DNA of 46,291 nt, filler included, from Streblomastix strix (taxonomy: Eukaryota), in NCBI GenBank assembly GCA_008636045.1. It is 2 parts of 2 records of this genome, joined end to end, with 100 filler letters (N's around TTAATTAATTAA, not from the genome) between each part and the next. Parts side by side here need not be neighbours in the genome. Positions count along the whole stretch, not along the records: positions 1 to 23,118 come from SNRW01000299.1; 1 more part is not named here. One strand, 5' to 3'. Both the position numbers and the translations under genes were made by a program. Positions within the stretch are counted from its first letter, which is position 1. Every line of letters begins with the position of its first letter. Positions 1-12,200 of this stretch are shown here, piece after piece. The notes under the pieces were generated by a model, which ran no database searches, was not told the origin of the DNA, and worked only from the letters and a program-made list of their open reading frames with translations.

Positions 1-531
1 TATTATGTTTAATTAATAGATCCCTTATTTATTTACTTCCAAATGATGCTTCCCCATCTGATCTAATATTTGTAACGTACTCGGATTGAATTAGCGACTC
101 TAGAGCTGGGATTAGTGATCGTGTCTCTTTTGTTCGGGTTGGATAAATAATTAGGTACTTAGTGTTGACGTTGATAACAAAGAAGAACAGTAATTTGTTG
201 AAGAACCCTATATCAATTTCCCATGATCCTAATTGTGGAGAAAAGTTGGGCCTTTAATATTTTACCAACGGTTTCAATTTGTAATCTTTAATTTTTTCAT
301 GGGGTTAATATTAATATTGATTACTTTCATGTTATTTTACTTCTACTTTTATATAATTTTTGTATTGTATTCTTCTACATATAATTTATACCATTACTCT
401 ATACTTTTGCCTTAAAATTAATCTGATATTTTAATGTGTTTGTTAAACTAGTAATTAATGTTAGTGATAAAGTCCTTTATAGTTAACTTATTCGTTAACC
501 GATTTACCTTGTCAGTAATAAATTATTCCAT
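1..531 (-). pseudogene. Retroviral-like (rve) integrase, 3' part outside window, probable frameshift near 340
   Basis: Bases 301 to 1 read ...GSWEIDIGFFNKLLFFFVINVNTKYLIIYP...NIRSDGEASFGS, the first two Asp motifs of a DDE integrase. The upstream ATG at 531 is in a different frame, so the start is uncertain. Confidence 0.85.
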
Positions 532-625
532 TTAATTTAAATAAAAGGCGTTAGTCGAATTTCGGCCGACGAACAAATTGTGACGGTCAATTTCACCAAC
601 GGAATTACGTTGCTAGAACTTTACA

Positions 626-1448
626 TCAATTATATTATAGTTCTAATAGTAAATTATTATTCATTTCCATATATTATACAGGAACTTATCTACCAAAATT
701 ATCGAATAACTTAAATACAACTTCCTTATTCTACCCAATAACGTTTGTGTAAGATAGCATATTTTATCCCAATATTACTGGTGCATCAATTAAGTTCTAT
801 TTAAATACGTCATTACTAAATGAATTTTTATCCTACACCTTCATAGCTAGCCTTCTCTATTAATTGTTCACTGTTATTATTAACATCTGTGGATACTCCA
901 TGAAATTGACAATGAAAGGGCAAAATATAGGTAATGTTTAATGGTAGTCCTAAGTTTAATATTTCACTTTATAATTCCATGTTTCTAACTACATTTACTT
1001 TACACGATTGTTGTTCTCATATAGTTAATTACTATTGGTCAATTAAATATGTAAATTTTTTACTAAGTTCTATTTTTCCTAATTTATTTGGTAGTTCCAA
1101 CTTATCCCAATATAATTATTCTAATATCTCAGGTACAAATTATCCATAATCATTAGCGCGTTGTATACTAGTATAAATATAATCCCATTCATTAGCAAAT
1201 AGAGCTGATAAGGAAAATATTATTCTTATCGGATATGAATTAATTCAATTCGTTACTAATTATAAATTTGGCCCTTATACATTAATTGGTTATGTTTCAG
1301 CTAGTAATATTGATTCCCCATTAATCGTACATTATATTCCAAAATTATATCTAACACTAATGGACTTATTTTAGTCGTACATATGTGGTTCAACACTAGT
1401 TATAAAGTTATCTGTAGTAGGGTAATATAATCTAATTAACGCGATCAT
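626..1448 (-). pseudogene. Minor capsid (penton)-like protein, frameshifted
   Basis: The C-terminus ...PFIVNFMEYPQMLII...VVFKLFDNFGRQVPVQYMEMNNNLLLELQYN* resembles the Polinton penton C-terminal signature. ATG 1448 and the stop are in different frames. Confidence 0.65.
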
Positions 1449-1472
1449 TCGAAAGGCTACCTATAATTATTG

Positions 1473-1784
1473 TCAATAGATCCAGTAATGGTATAGAAAT
1501 GAATCAAGTTGTAAATTAATATAATTAATAACGGAAGAACAAATATCATCACCTATATTTTAGCCTAAGGTTTACTAATTTAATTATTTTTATGTATGCT
1601 CGTTTATGGCTGAATTAATGCTGATTGGTTCCCTATTAGTTGTATCAGGTAAACTAAAATATTATTCGGAATTATTGGCGAATTCTTTAAATTAATTATT
1701 CTTTAGGGCAATTACTTATGGGTTAAATTTATATCCCTAGTGTCCTTCTTAATTAACGTAATTATTATTAATATGAGTGTTCAT
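1473..1784 (-). CDS. Hypothetical viral protein, 103 aa
   Basis: ATG-to-TGA frame with TAR=Gln (MNTHINNNYVNQEGHQGYKF...HYWIY*), tightly packed between neighbours. Confidence 0.55.
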
Positions 1785-1790
1785 CTTAAT

Positions 1791-2057
1791 TCAGATTGGG
1801 GGAAGTTAATCAATAGCAGTTAATTTAAATTAATTATTCGATAATTATTCTTACACTATTACTTACTTATCTTCTGTAGATCTAATATTTAGGGTTATTT
1901 CAATGTAATCTTTGTTTAAATAGTACGTTAAGTTAATGTGAGCATTACAGATACTATTAACTTAAAATTAATTACTCCCCTAAGGGATAGTAGTTTACCA
2001 TTAAATAAATTCCTAATCTGTTGATGAAGAGAGTACTTTCATTCCTTATGCGGCCAT
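1791..2057 (-). CDS. Hypothetical viral protein, ~88 aa
   Basis: MAAQGMKVLSSSTDQEFIQW...IDQLPPI*. An alternative in-frame ATG lies at 2087. Confidence 0.5.
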
Positions 2058-2083
2058 TTATTTACAAAAATAATTTTTATCAA

Positions 2084-2677
2084 TCATAGTTACCATTACG
2101 CAATCTATCTATACTAATATTAATTTTTTACTCCATTAACATCCTAAGCACTTACAATTTCGTATTAACTATTACTTACTACTCTAGTATTTAACATTCT
2201 AAATTTTAAACCGTTGTGATAATAAATATTAAAATCCTGATCAAAACTATATCCTTCTAGATCGTGTCCTAGATATATATCTAAACGTTAACTTCCTTCT
2301 GGCAATTAATCAAAATACTAATAAGTTATTCCACGAAAATGGGATTTGTTCATTAAATTATCCCTATCACTAACCCAGCGTAAATTTTCAACATGATTAT
2401 CTGTTTTGATCTATGATTTATGATCAACAAATTAATAATTATTAGGATTAGGGATCCACTGTGTTGCTACAATTATATGTTTATAAACAAAACGGTGATA
2501 CTTTGGACCGAATTATAAATGTAACTTGATATAACTTTCTTCGCCATTTGTGTAGTGCGACAAGTGTTCTGCAACAATTCGCTAATTGTCACGCCTCCTG
2601 ATTTAATGAGGATAATTAACGTATATTTCGTATATATTGTTATATAACATTATTTCCCATTAATTATTATTTCCCAT
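2084..2677 (-). CDS. HNH endonuclease (NUMOD4/HNH_3, I-HmuI-like), 197 aa
   Basis: Uninterrupted frame containing YKHIIVATQWIPNPNNYQFVDHKSQIKTDNHVENLRWVSDRDNLMNK. Confidence 0.88.
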
Positions 2678-2773
2678 TTAAACAGTGGATAAAAAAATAA
2701 AAAAAATAAAAAAAATAAACGATTAATTTTACCAGACAGTTTTGGCTGGCTGAATTCCAGCTGGCCCCCCTTA

Positions 2774-3346
2774 TCAATAAATATCATATTAACTATATTA
2801 TTATTGCTGTTATTAGCGATAATATTATTGAGGTATTTATTCTTATTCTTCTTCACTTACTTCTTGTTTATTTTATACTTATTTTGGTTTCTATTTAACT
2901 CACTTCAACGCCTTTAATTTATTTTAATATTTCTCATTCTATTTGATTGCTTAAACGTGCTATTATTTTATAAATTTGTTCTCAGTTCGAAGTGAAATCA
3001 ATTCCTCTAAATCAAGTTGGGGATTAATATATTTAATTTGTGATTTGTTTTATACTTTCTTTTTAACAGGTTATGGTTTAATTTATTCCTATTATTCTTA
3101 TTCATCAAAATAATCACTTTCATTACTCGATTCTGAATCAAACAATTTCTGTTTTTATTTTTATGCAGTTCTTCTTGCTTACATCATTAATTTATTTTAT
3201 TAAACTTAAATAATTATTTTTAATCCTTTCTTACCATCTTCGAAACACTTAATTTGTTTCTTATCACGAATAAAATATCCACCATCAAAATATTCAATAT
3301 TTGTACCATTTCCCTTCATAAATTTATATGCTTGTGATTTGTCCAT
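2774..3346 (-). CDS. Hypothetical K/E/Q-rich viral protein, one internal TGA (2900-2902)
   Basis: MDKSQAYKFMKGNG...; the same frame and composition continue past the internal TGA to TGA 2774. Confidence 0.55.
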
Positions 3347-3377
3347 TAAATAATCAAGAAATCTTTATCGAATTTAA

Positions 3378-4082
3378 ATGATATGCGGAGTTGAAAGGAA
3401 TTTATTGCAGCTTTATAAAAGTAAAAAGTAAATGAAAGAACTGACTGACCCAAATAATTAATAAAGATTACAGTATATAGATAGTTTAATATCAGAAGCT
3501 ATTGAGAATGAAAATAACTAGCCCAACAATTAATCAAGTTAATCATAACGTTAGTTCAATAAAAACAAGTACACTGATGCTGATAGAACAACAGCTTAAG
3601 TAACCCCATAGGAAGTAATAGATAAATTAGTCCAGCCATCAATTTAGCCATCATTTTAGCCACTAGCCCAGCCAATAATTTAGCCATTAGTCCAACCGAT
3701 AATCATGGACAATCATTTAAACGCCTATTTGTCCCATCCTAATCTGGAGGGTATGAAGTTTGTAGTCGATTGTATATGGAGAACTGTTACACATAGAAAC
3801 AAAGGTGATGATTTCATTCTATCTTCTGATAATTTTATTAAATTTTGGTCTAGTAACATAGGAGAAGGAAGATGATATAGAAATTGTTTTAGAGGAAAGT
3901 ATTATTGCGACGCACTAATGCCTTAGTAAATAATATATAAAGAAGGAAATAGTTAGAGTTTTTGATGTACTGATAAAGAATTTTTCCATTAATACTACGG
4001 ATAATGTACTCTGGAATAGCGTGGAAAAATTATATAGAATCAATAAAGATCTAGTTAGATTAAGTTAAGTACCTGCAATTGA
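3378..4082 (+). CDS. Hypothetical viral protein with QPxx repeats, internal TGA at 3873 and 3963
   Basis: Single frame, ...LVQPSIQPSFQPLAQPIIQPLVQPII...; the TGAs sit in GEGR*YRNC and QSF*CTD. Confidence 0.55.
3628..3703 (+). repeat. Degenerate 12-bp coding tandem repeat (QPxx, about 6 units)
   Basis: (T/C)AGCCA recurs every 12 nt. Confidence 0.7.
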
Positions 4083-4132
4083 TCTTGACCCCACTGAGTT
4101 TTGAACATTAATTATTTTTGCAATTAATTTAA

Positions 4133-5178
4133 ATGGATGACCTTGAACTTCCTACCTAAGAACAATTATAAGCGATGAAAGAAGAACTAGATATAATAAA
4201 AGAAATCGATAATGAATAAAAATAATTCGAATTATTACGTGAGAAACTAACTCCCTACATTGAATAATAAATAATTAAGTATTTACTTATTTCAGTTAAT
4301 ATATTAGGAAAACGAGAGATATTGATTTATCAAATTTAATGACATTAGATATTAATCAAGCAGTAACAGGATTCAAATAATTTACACAATCAATATAAGC
4401 AGATAAATTTATCAAAATAATTGGAATAAATAACTAATTACTTCTAGGTAATGGTACTACTGCTGATGTAGATAAATTTTTTCCAAAACAGTATCCTCAT
4501 GCGATGGGTTAATTGATTATTGAACCGAGTGATACTATATTAGATTAGGGTATTAGGATAATGAAAAATAAAAATAATTGGGATAGTTTTGTTCTCACTG
4601 GCTGCAATATTGACCCTACGAATAGATATGGTGTAAGGAAAGTTGGTTCTACTTCATCATAATTTAGAATATAAAAATAAGAAGATTAAGCTTATGATTG
4701 TAAGGGCCTAATTATTGATTTCGATTGTTCATCACTTAAATTTAATAATTAAATTATATCCCCTCTACCTGATCCCCCTATTGATTATGCTACTTAATAT
4801 TCAATTGCTTATGGAATGTATGAACAACGTATATGGGGTACATTAACAAGATATAATGATAGAGTGTATATTTCTCTTCAAATAACACATTCTGATCTTA
4901 ATACATAAACGTATTCCGATTATACTATGTTTTCAATCAATAATAATGATATCAAACCTAAATTTACAGGAACAACTAGAAACATACCTATAAATGCAGT
5001 CTTGTTTGCGTAAAAAGTACTAGGTTATCCGATATATTGGAATGGTGCTATTCCTATTGATTGTTTTATTAACTCTAATGGTAATGTAATAATTAATACA
5101 TAGTGTTAAATTAATTTACCTGACGATTTTTGTGTATAGTTTTGCGATTCTAATGCCATACATAAATAATCAAGCTGA
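4133..5178 (+). pseudogene. Tail-fibre-like protein 1, frameshift near 4300
   Basis: LMTLDINQAVTGFKQFTQSIQADKFIKIIGINNQLLLGNG resembles phage fibre shaft motifs and is followed by a beta-rich head. ATG 4133 is out of frame with 4321-5178. Confidence 0.6.
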
Positions 5179-5208
5179 TTAAATTAAGCTAATTACAGCT
5201 CTTACTTC

Positions 5209-5269
5209 AGTCAGATAAAAAGCAGATTGCACCAACCTTTTATTTTTCAAAAATAATTTAAGTTTGACC
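5209..5269 (+). repeat. Dispersed ~60-bp viral intergenic motif, copy A
   Basis: AGTCAGATAAAAAGCAGATTGCACCAAC...TTTCAAAAATAATTTAAGTTTGACC. Confidence 0.85.
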
Positions 5270-5297
5270 TTTGGGCTAATTCAAGGGTTAATTTTAT

Positions 5298-6327
5298 TCA
5301 ATTTTATCTTTTAAATATATCGAAATTATTTAATGATTTGTTTATTATGATAAACTCGTATTTCTAAAGGTTGTTATAAATAATGATAAATTCCTATTCA
5401 TTCAATTCCTAAACATTATTTTCCTCATATATTTATTTCAAATCTTATTCTGATATGTTAGCCCCAACAGCAATAACATGGCTTAATACCCTCGTTGGTT
5501 TAAACAAATAGCTTGGCCTTTATGCGCAGAAGAATATGGTAATTTTGCTATGACGACTATCACTAACCAAATGTGTAGTTGATCTAGCTAGCTCACTAGT
5601 GTATTGTTAAATGTCCGTATTAGACTCAATATCATCAAATATCATTAATGTTGAAAGTAATGATGAATTAATTAATATAGGTATTTTTTTGAATTCGTAT
5701 TCACCATCTTGCTCTATTATTTTTAATTTTTTTGAATATTTAACCCCTTTAATTATCGGGGGAACATTGAATCGCATAATTGTTGTAGGCTAACTAAATT
5801 CGTTAATTATTTTTATACATTTCATTTGGAAAATATCCCGTAATCTATGTTGATTTTTATTTATCTGTTTTTTATTCTCCTCGTTCATCTTTTTATTAAT
5901 TATTTTTGACTATCGATTATTTCATTCTAGTTATATAATCTGAATCATATCTAATATCTCGTTCTTTTAACTTCCAATTCGTATAAATTTCTTTAACTTT
6001 ATATTTAATTTCTTCGAATTAAGGTAGAAAAGATTATGCTTCTGCGTAAGTTATATTAACTAACTTTATACCTTTATTATTTAAATTAATCGCCATTGTT
6101 TCATCTGGCCCAAAATTAGAGAAGTATAATATGTAGGGATTAATATATCGTTAATATAGTACAATTAATTTCGCCATTAAAGTTGTTTAACCACTTCCAA
6201 CCGATCCAACTATATAATGATTTGCGTTAATGAGAATGATAGAATGTGGGGCTAATGGCCTAATTTTATATTCCTCTAATAGTGATTAGTCGTTGAATGA
6301 TACTTAATTTATTTATTAGGTACTCAT
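5298..6327 (-). pseudogene. A32-like (FtsK-HerA) genome packaging ATPase, frameshifted
   Basis: Walker A YIVGSVGSGQTT (K to Q through AAA>TAA), Walker B TLMIFDD, and SDSRHSKITIFFCAQ (Arg finger and Gln sensor). Confidence 0.85.
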
Positions 6328-6710
6328 TTAAGTGAATATAAATGAATGTGATTAGTTTAATATAATTAGTTTTAAATTACTTATTTTATGGGATTAATTT
6401 TAAAGTATCGATTATCTCAATTAGTGTACCAATCTAATATATTTCGCTGATTAAACAATTATGGGGGTATCTGGACATAATATTAGTTCCTGTTAATATA
6501 ATTGTATATATAATTTAATTTTTCTGTGGTAGAAAGAAGATAAAATCAATTAACGAATCAACACTCAAATAATTTACCACCGAGTAATTGGAGTAATTAA
6601 TTAAGGAGGCAATCAAAAATAATGATATAAAATTAGCTAAAGAATATTGATATTAATTATATTTGAAGTTATTGAATAATTATCCCTGAATTAGCTATGA
6701 TTAATGTTCC

Positions 6711-6771
6711 AGTCAAACTTAAACTAATTTTGAAATTTTTTTCGTTGGTGCAATTTACCTTTTATCTGACC
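6711..6771 (-). repeat. Dispersed ~60-bp viral intergenic motif, copy B
   Basis: Reverse complement is GGTCAGATAAAAGGTAAATTGCACCAACG...TTTCAAAATTAGTTTAAGTTTGACT. Confidence 0.85.
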
Positions 6772-6990
6772 CAAATAATTGATGTAAAATGTTACCCTTG
6801 AAATTTCGTTGGACCCATTGATGTCGGCTCAAATTTGATACCAGCCCTTTATTTTTGTATACTTAAATGTAATAGATATAAGTGCTCACCAATTAATAGA
6901 GATCTGTTATTAGTTAATTAATTTCGACATAGATACAGTATTATTTGTAATATGTGAAAAATAAAAGTAGTAATTCAGGTGTAACATAAG

Positions 6991-8313
6991 ATGAAAATTA
7001 CCAACTATTTATAAATAATTAATCAGCATTGGTTTATGCCGATAAGTAGTGTATTTCTAATAGGAACAAGTACAGGAGCGCCATATATATAATTCTAAGT
7101 AACATGTAATACAAATGCTATGTAAACAATTGATTTGGTCCCTAACTATACCGTTAATGGAATCGTTGATTTATATGGTGTATTTACTGCATCATCTTAT
7201 GTATAACCAGCTTATAATATTTACTATGGAGTTGATTAGTTATTACATACTCATACTGGCTCTTACTCTTCAGCTGTTTATACAGAATGGATTCATGTGA
7301 TGACAGGTAGTGTGGTTATAACTGTTAATTTAAGTAATTAAAGCGAATTCTTTCCTTAACAAATTACTGAGATTCTAACGCAGGATATAGTTACCTCAAT
7401 TAGCGGTAGTTAAACATAGATACCAATGTCATATAATTTAGGTAATGGTGGAATAATAATTAATATGTTATAAGTTAATCCAACAGGTCGAAGTGCTAGT
7501 ACATATAATAATGGCATTAGAATCGGAAATTATAATAGTGAGTCATCATTATATTTAGGGTGTGCAACGACTGCTATAAATACTACTCAATCAGGTTAAT
7601 GGAAGATAAGTAAAACAAGTGATAATGCACTAACAATAAATCCTTCATCTTTACGGTAAGCTGACCATAGTGCTGGTCTAAGTATTAATAGTGATAGTTC
7701 AGTAATTAAATTTAATAGAAATGGATTAGTAGATGTTGGTATTGATTAAACAATCAATGGCAGAAAATCGTTCAAAAATAATCAATTTGAAATATAACTA
7801 ACTGAATCAAATTATCCATTAATTTTGTTCAATAATAACAATTATATAGAGTAATTATTAAATAGTAATGAAATGATATTAACTCTAAATACTAGTTATC
7901 CAGTTGGTATTCCATTATATATTAATTAACGGGAAAGTAATTTATGTTCATAATTTCCTGAATCTAAATTAGTTTAAAATTATGTTTTAAACACAGGTTC
8001 ATCAACTTCATTTGCAGGTGTTACTTCAGGTAATATTTAAATTTATCCTACAGCAACTAGTTATGATGATGGTTTGAGAATATCCAGATCTGATCCAGAT
8101 ACAGGTAACGCGACCATTTAATTAGGATGTAGTAGAACATCTAACACTGGTGCTATTGTAGGATAATGGTCAATATTTACTCCACCAAGTAGTTCTGAAA
8201 TTAATCCTTAAGGTTTTGCAATTGCAATATCATCTTAATCTGGCGATAATAATAGAGGATTACAAATCAGTACTGATGGAAACACATTAACTTTCAATGG
8301 TAGAGTACTTTGA
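6991..8313 (+). CDS. Tail-fibre-like protein 2, probably 5'-truncated
   Basis: ~440 codons, G/S/T/N-rich, with two internal modules (GIRI..LGC..GQW..GLxI..FN). Ends GLQISTDGNTLTFNGRVL*. Start uncertain. Confidence 0.65.
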
Positions 8314-8337
8314 AAAATAATATTTATTTTTATACAA

Positions 8338-8565
8338 ATGGATTAATTATTATAGATAGCGATCAAACTTGGATAAAAGATTAACGCGAACAATACCGAA
8401 ATGCATTATATTTATTAAGCTCTATTTGAACCAATAAAATATGAAGAAAGTGAAAATATAATTACTGAAGCAAACATAGAGGATGAAGGGGAATATATTG
8501 GAGATAAGAGTTAGGAAATAATAAATTATATAAATTACTTATCAATAATTACTTCGCATGAGTGA
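8338..8565 (+). CDS. Small acidic hypothetical viral protein, 75 aa
   Basis: MDQLLQIAIKLGQ...IITSHE*, directly after fibre gene 2. Confidence 0.5.
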
Positions 8566-8569
8566 AATA

Positions 8570-8999
8570 ATCAGATTTAATTTAATGAATAATAATTACT
8601 AAACTATTTATTTCCTACATCAGCAACAAAATTATTGTATATTTATTTTTCCTCATCATTTGTCTCTGTTAATATATACCGATTTAATTTTTTAGCTTGA
8701 GTACTTCTTAATTATTTATACTAATTATATTAACAAATACATTTATGATTATTTTAAGCGTAAATTTTATTAAGGTACTACTCTTGCTCTGCCTACTTAT
8801 TAAAAAATGTTAATTTTTATTATTGGTGGTCAAATTGTTATTTAATTTTTTTCAACTCATAGGATAATAATGGTTAATCTAATTAGGGCTACATTAAGTC
8901 CTTTAACTACTAAATTATTTCAGATATTAGATCTTAATATATATTATTTTTGGTTAATTGTTTGATTAATTATTTCAATTATATTATTAATGATTCCAT
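8570..8999 (-). pseudogene. Hypothetical coiled-coil viral protein, 3' end uncertain
   Basis: MESLIIQLKQLIKQLTKNNIYQDLISEIIQQLKDLM...; the frame degrades near 8660. Confidence 0.35.
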
Positions 9000-9025
9000 T
9001 TAATTAGTGTAAAAATAGTTTTGAA

Positions 9026-9220
9026 TCAATGATTAGTTAATTTTTTCGATTAATGTATATAATCAATTGGCTTTGGCTATAAATGTGTAGGCTTTATAAC
9101 AACAGCGTCACTTCTCAACTATGTTGAAGCTAACAATTTAGCTAAAGTATTAGGAACATAACCTGTTGCTTATTTTACACCACTTAATATTTTTGAACCA
9201 AAGTTCTTATTGGTTATCAT
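9026..9220 (-). CDS. Diverged paralogue of the pVI-like amphipathic peptide
   Basis: MITNKNFGSKILSGVKQA...; shares ~24 identical nt (9185-9208) with 9414-9437. Confidence 0.5.
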
Positions 9221-9254
9221 ATTTAAATATAAAAATAATTTATGGATTAATGTA

Positions 9255-9458
9255 TCATCGATTAAGGAATTTATTTGCCATTCCTGTTGCACCACCTACT
9301 CCTTTGGCTATCATACAAGCGGTTAAATTAATTACGCCTAATGGCCCTGAAACAGCACCCATAACTATATGAAGAACTGGAGCCACCCATTTAGCCGCAG
9401 AAGTTACCCCGTTTAATATTTTTGAACCAAAGTTCTTGAGACTTGACCAAAATCCTAT
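9255..9458 (-). pseudogene. Adenovirus protein VI-like amphipathic (membrane-lytic) peptide, start codon apparently ATG>ATA
   Basis: (M)GFWSSLKNFGSKILNGVTSAAKWVAPVL...GVGGATGMANKFLNR*; compare the adenovirus pVI helix WSGIKNFGST. Confidence 0.65.
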
Positions 9459-9491
9459 TTATATTAGTTTAAAATTTATTTCAATCAATAA

Positions 9492-11443
9492 ATGTCGTTC
9501 AGTGCTTCAGTTTATTTATCTCGTTTATCGTAAGCATCACATTCTGATTATGTTTCTTCATACTCTGCACTAAATGAAGTGCTAAGAACATTGACTATTG
9601 AACCTTAATCAATCGTACAATCTAGATAATAATTTTTTGATTAAGAAGTTAATACATTGTTTTCTAATGGTACTAAATAGACTCGTGCTCCATTAGGGGC
9701 TAGAGGTAGTGTTACTTGTTGCTGTGTTTAGACCTGTTAAGTTAATTGGACAATTACTATACCCGCTAATACTATAGAGATATAATTAAATAAAGTAATT
9801 GAGGCTAAGGGTATGTTATCTTATAACGAATATATGCGGGCTAGATCAAACTTTAATGGTTCTAAGACAGCTACAACTGCACTAGCCGATGAAATAAAAT
9901 AGGATACATAACATTATAATTGTAATGTAGTCATTAAATTTTGGTTAGGATTCTCTACAGCTTGTGGGCTATTCTAATAAATAGCAATTTGTCGTGATAA
10001 TACTAAATTATGGGAAACTTCTATTTACGCTAGAGAACAGGCTATAATATGTTCTAATTCGTTATTTGACCTTATCGTTAATAATAGTGTTACAGTTTCA
10101 CCATTATAGTGTATCGTTTAGTGTAAACGCCATTGCGGTGTGTTTATTGATATCCCATGTGATAATATTGATGCCAAAGGTGAAAATTTTTATTATCGAA
10201 TTCATGATCCTATTACATTTTCTAGGATATTAGATCTCAATTAATTGAACCCGATATTTAATGAATTCCCTGTTCTAACTAGAAACTACGCTTCATTATA
10301 TCCATAATTATGGATTACTGACCTCCTTCAAGATCTAAAAGTAGTTTGGTTAAATAAATCCCGTTATATTTACGATCAATATTTAGCTTACACTATGATT
10401 CTACCGAAGAAACCAGATATAATTACTTTACAAGATGATAGCGGAGATGTTAGCTATAATTACTATTCTGTTCGATTGATTAATTGTAAAGATTTGGATG
10501 ATGCAGCTACAGACCCAAAAAATAGTATTTAATAGCTTGACAACGCATTTTTCGAATATCTATCGATTCATAATTTATACTTCAACATGGAGAATAAAAT
10601 GGCGATAATTGATATGATTAGAGCTTAGAAAGTGATTTATTTTCCAACATAAGAACTTAAATCCTAGTCATCAAATTATCCAATAGCTCGATTTGAACCA
10701 ATTAGTGGGTAAATTTAGAGTATAATGTCCTTCTTTAACATCAAGGCTATGATTATGACCTTTGCTACGTAATAATATCCTACGTGGTTCTTTCCTATGT
10801 TATTCCACAACATGGACTTAATAATTGATTAACGACACGCTGTTCCTTCCTCTATGAAGCTCATACTTAAGCTACTAATGGTTCAATGTTTCAATGTTTC
10901 GTTTATCAGGATTTAGTTTCTCCCTCTAGTGATTTGTATCATTCACTTACTTTCAAGAACATTAATATAAATGATAAAAAGTATTGGTATGGTAAGAATG
11001 ATGGTCGTATACCCCTATAAGATAATATATTCTATAATACTTCTCTATTTACTGGTTCTAAATCAGTCAAAACGTATTATCCGAACAAATATATGCTGGC
11101 ATGGAAATTAGCTACAGATGATTCGTTCATAAGAGGATATAATAATACTAGAATAGGTGCGAGAACTAATATTCAAACTATATTAAATACTTAATTGATA
11201 ACAGGTATAGTGGATAATTACAAAATTGGCGATGATAATCTTATACCTGAAAATCAAAATACTTTAGCTGAATTTATGGGCACTAGAAGTTATCCCATGT
11301 GCTGGCAAACTGGATAGACCCCAATGTTACATTTCCTTTGTGACTCAATAATTAGAATTATGTTTGATGACAACCCTGAACAATAAGTATTAAATTTAGA
11401 AGTTATTGGAGAGATTGGTGGTAGTATGATCACAGCTGGTTGA
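9492..11443 (+). pseudogene. Major capsid protein (double jelly-roll), one frameshift near 10850
   Basis: ~650 codons, beta-rich, with KFWLGFSTACGLFQQIAICRDNTKLWETSIYAREQAII resembling parabasalid Maverick capsids. Start and stop are in different frames. Confidence 0.75.
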
Positions 11444-11495
11444 GAAGGCAGATTGCGCCAATCTTTTATTTTTCAAAATTATTTTTAGTTTGACC
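11438..11495 (+). repeat. Dispersed ~60-bp viral intergenic motif, copy C (overlaps capsid stop codon)
   Basis: GGTTGAGAAGGCAGATTGCGCCAATC...TTTCAAAATTATTTTTAGTTTGACC. Confidence 0.85.
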
Positions 11496-11989
11496 TAACA
11501 TTAATTATTACGCTAATACGGGGCTAATTTTAAGGGGCTAATTTTGATCCCTGAATTCGAATGTCAATATTTAGGCAGTCAAAAATAATAATATATAGTA
11601 TTTATGAAGTGGTGACCAATAAAATTACGATTATTCTATTTAAATTACACATTCATCGAAGCACTAGCGATAATAATCAGTTATCAGCATTAATCTATTA
11701 TTATTGCAATCTTATCGTTATTTTTCACTTGTTTCTATAATATTGTCGAATATTATTTTGAACTATTTATTTTATTAAAGAATTAATATTAATATTGATT
11801 TACCCTAATAAGGTATTAGATCTCCTCTATCGTAACTTAAATTACCAATTACATTATAATTTAGGTAATATTCGTTATAGGGACAACCTGATCCCGACAT
11901 TTATATACGATAAAAAAAGTTAATGGGGAAATTTAACCCTCTTGATTAATGTTTAAATTAGCCATGATTAGCGTAGTAATTAATGTTTC

Positions 11990-12050
11990 GGTCAAACTAA
12001 AATAATTTTGAAATTTATTTCGTTGGTGCAATCTGCCTTCTGAACTGACC
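11990..12050 (-). repeat. Dispersed ~60-bp viral intergenic motif, copy D
   Basis: Reverse complement is GGTCAGTTCAGAAGGCAGATTGCACCAACG...TTTCAAAATTATTTTAGTTTGACC. Confidence 0.85.
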
Positions 12051-12200
12051 TAAAATTAGTGTAAAATCGAACCGCCAATTTTCGATAGTCAAACTTTACA
12101 TATCTTACCTTCACAAGCATATTTTATTGCTGTCTCCCATATTGTTTTGAAGATAGAGTGCCAATTGATACCTAATTATTCTTTGATCAATTAAATTGTT

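Noticed and set aside
6330..6700. Small plus-strand viral ORF ending ...KLAKEY*YQLYLKLLNNYP*
   Set aside because: Frame and start could not be fixed.
11560..11950. Possible small hydrophobic viral protein between motif copies C and D
   Set aside because: Several frames are equally plausible and none has a clear start or homology.
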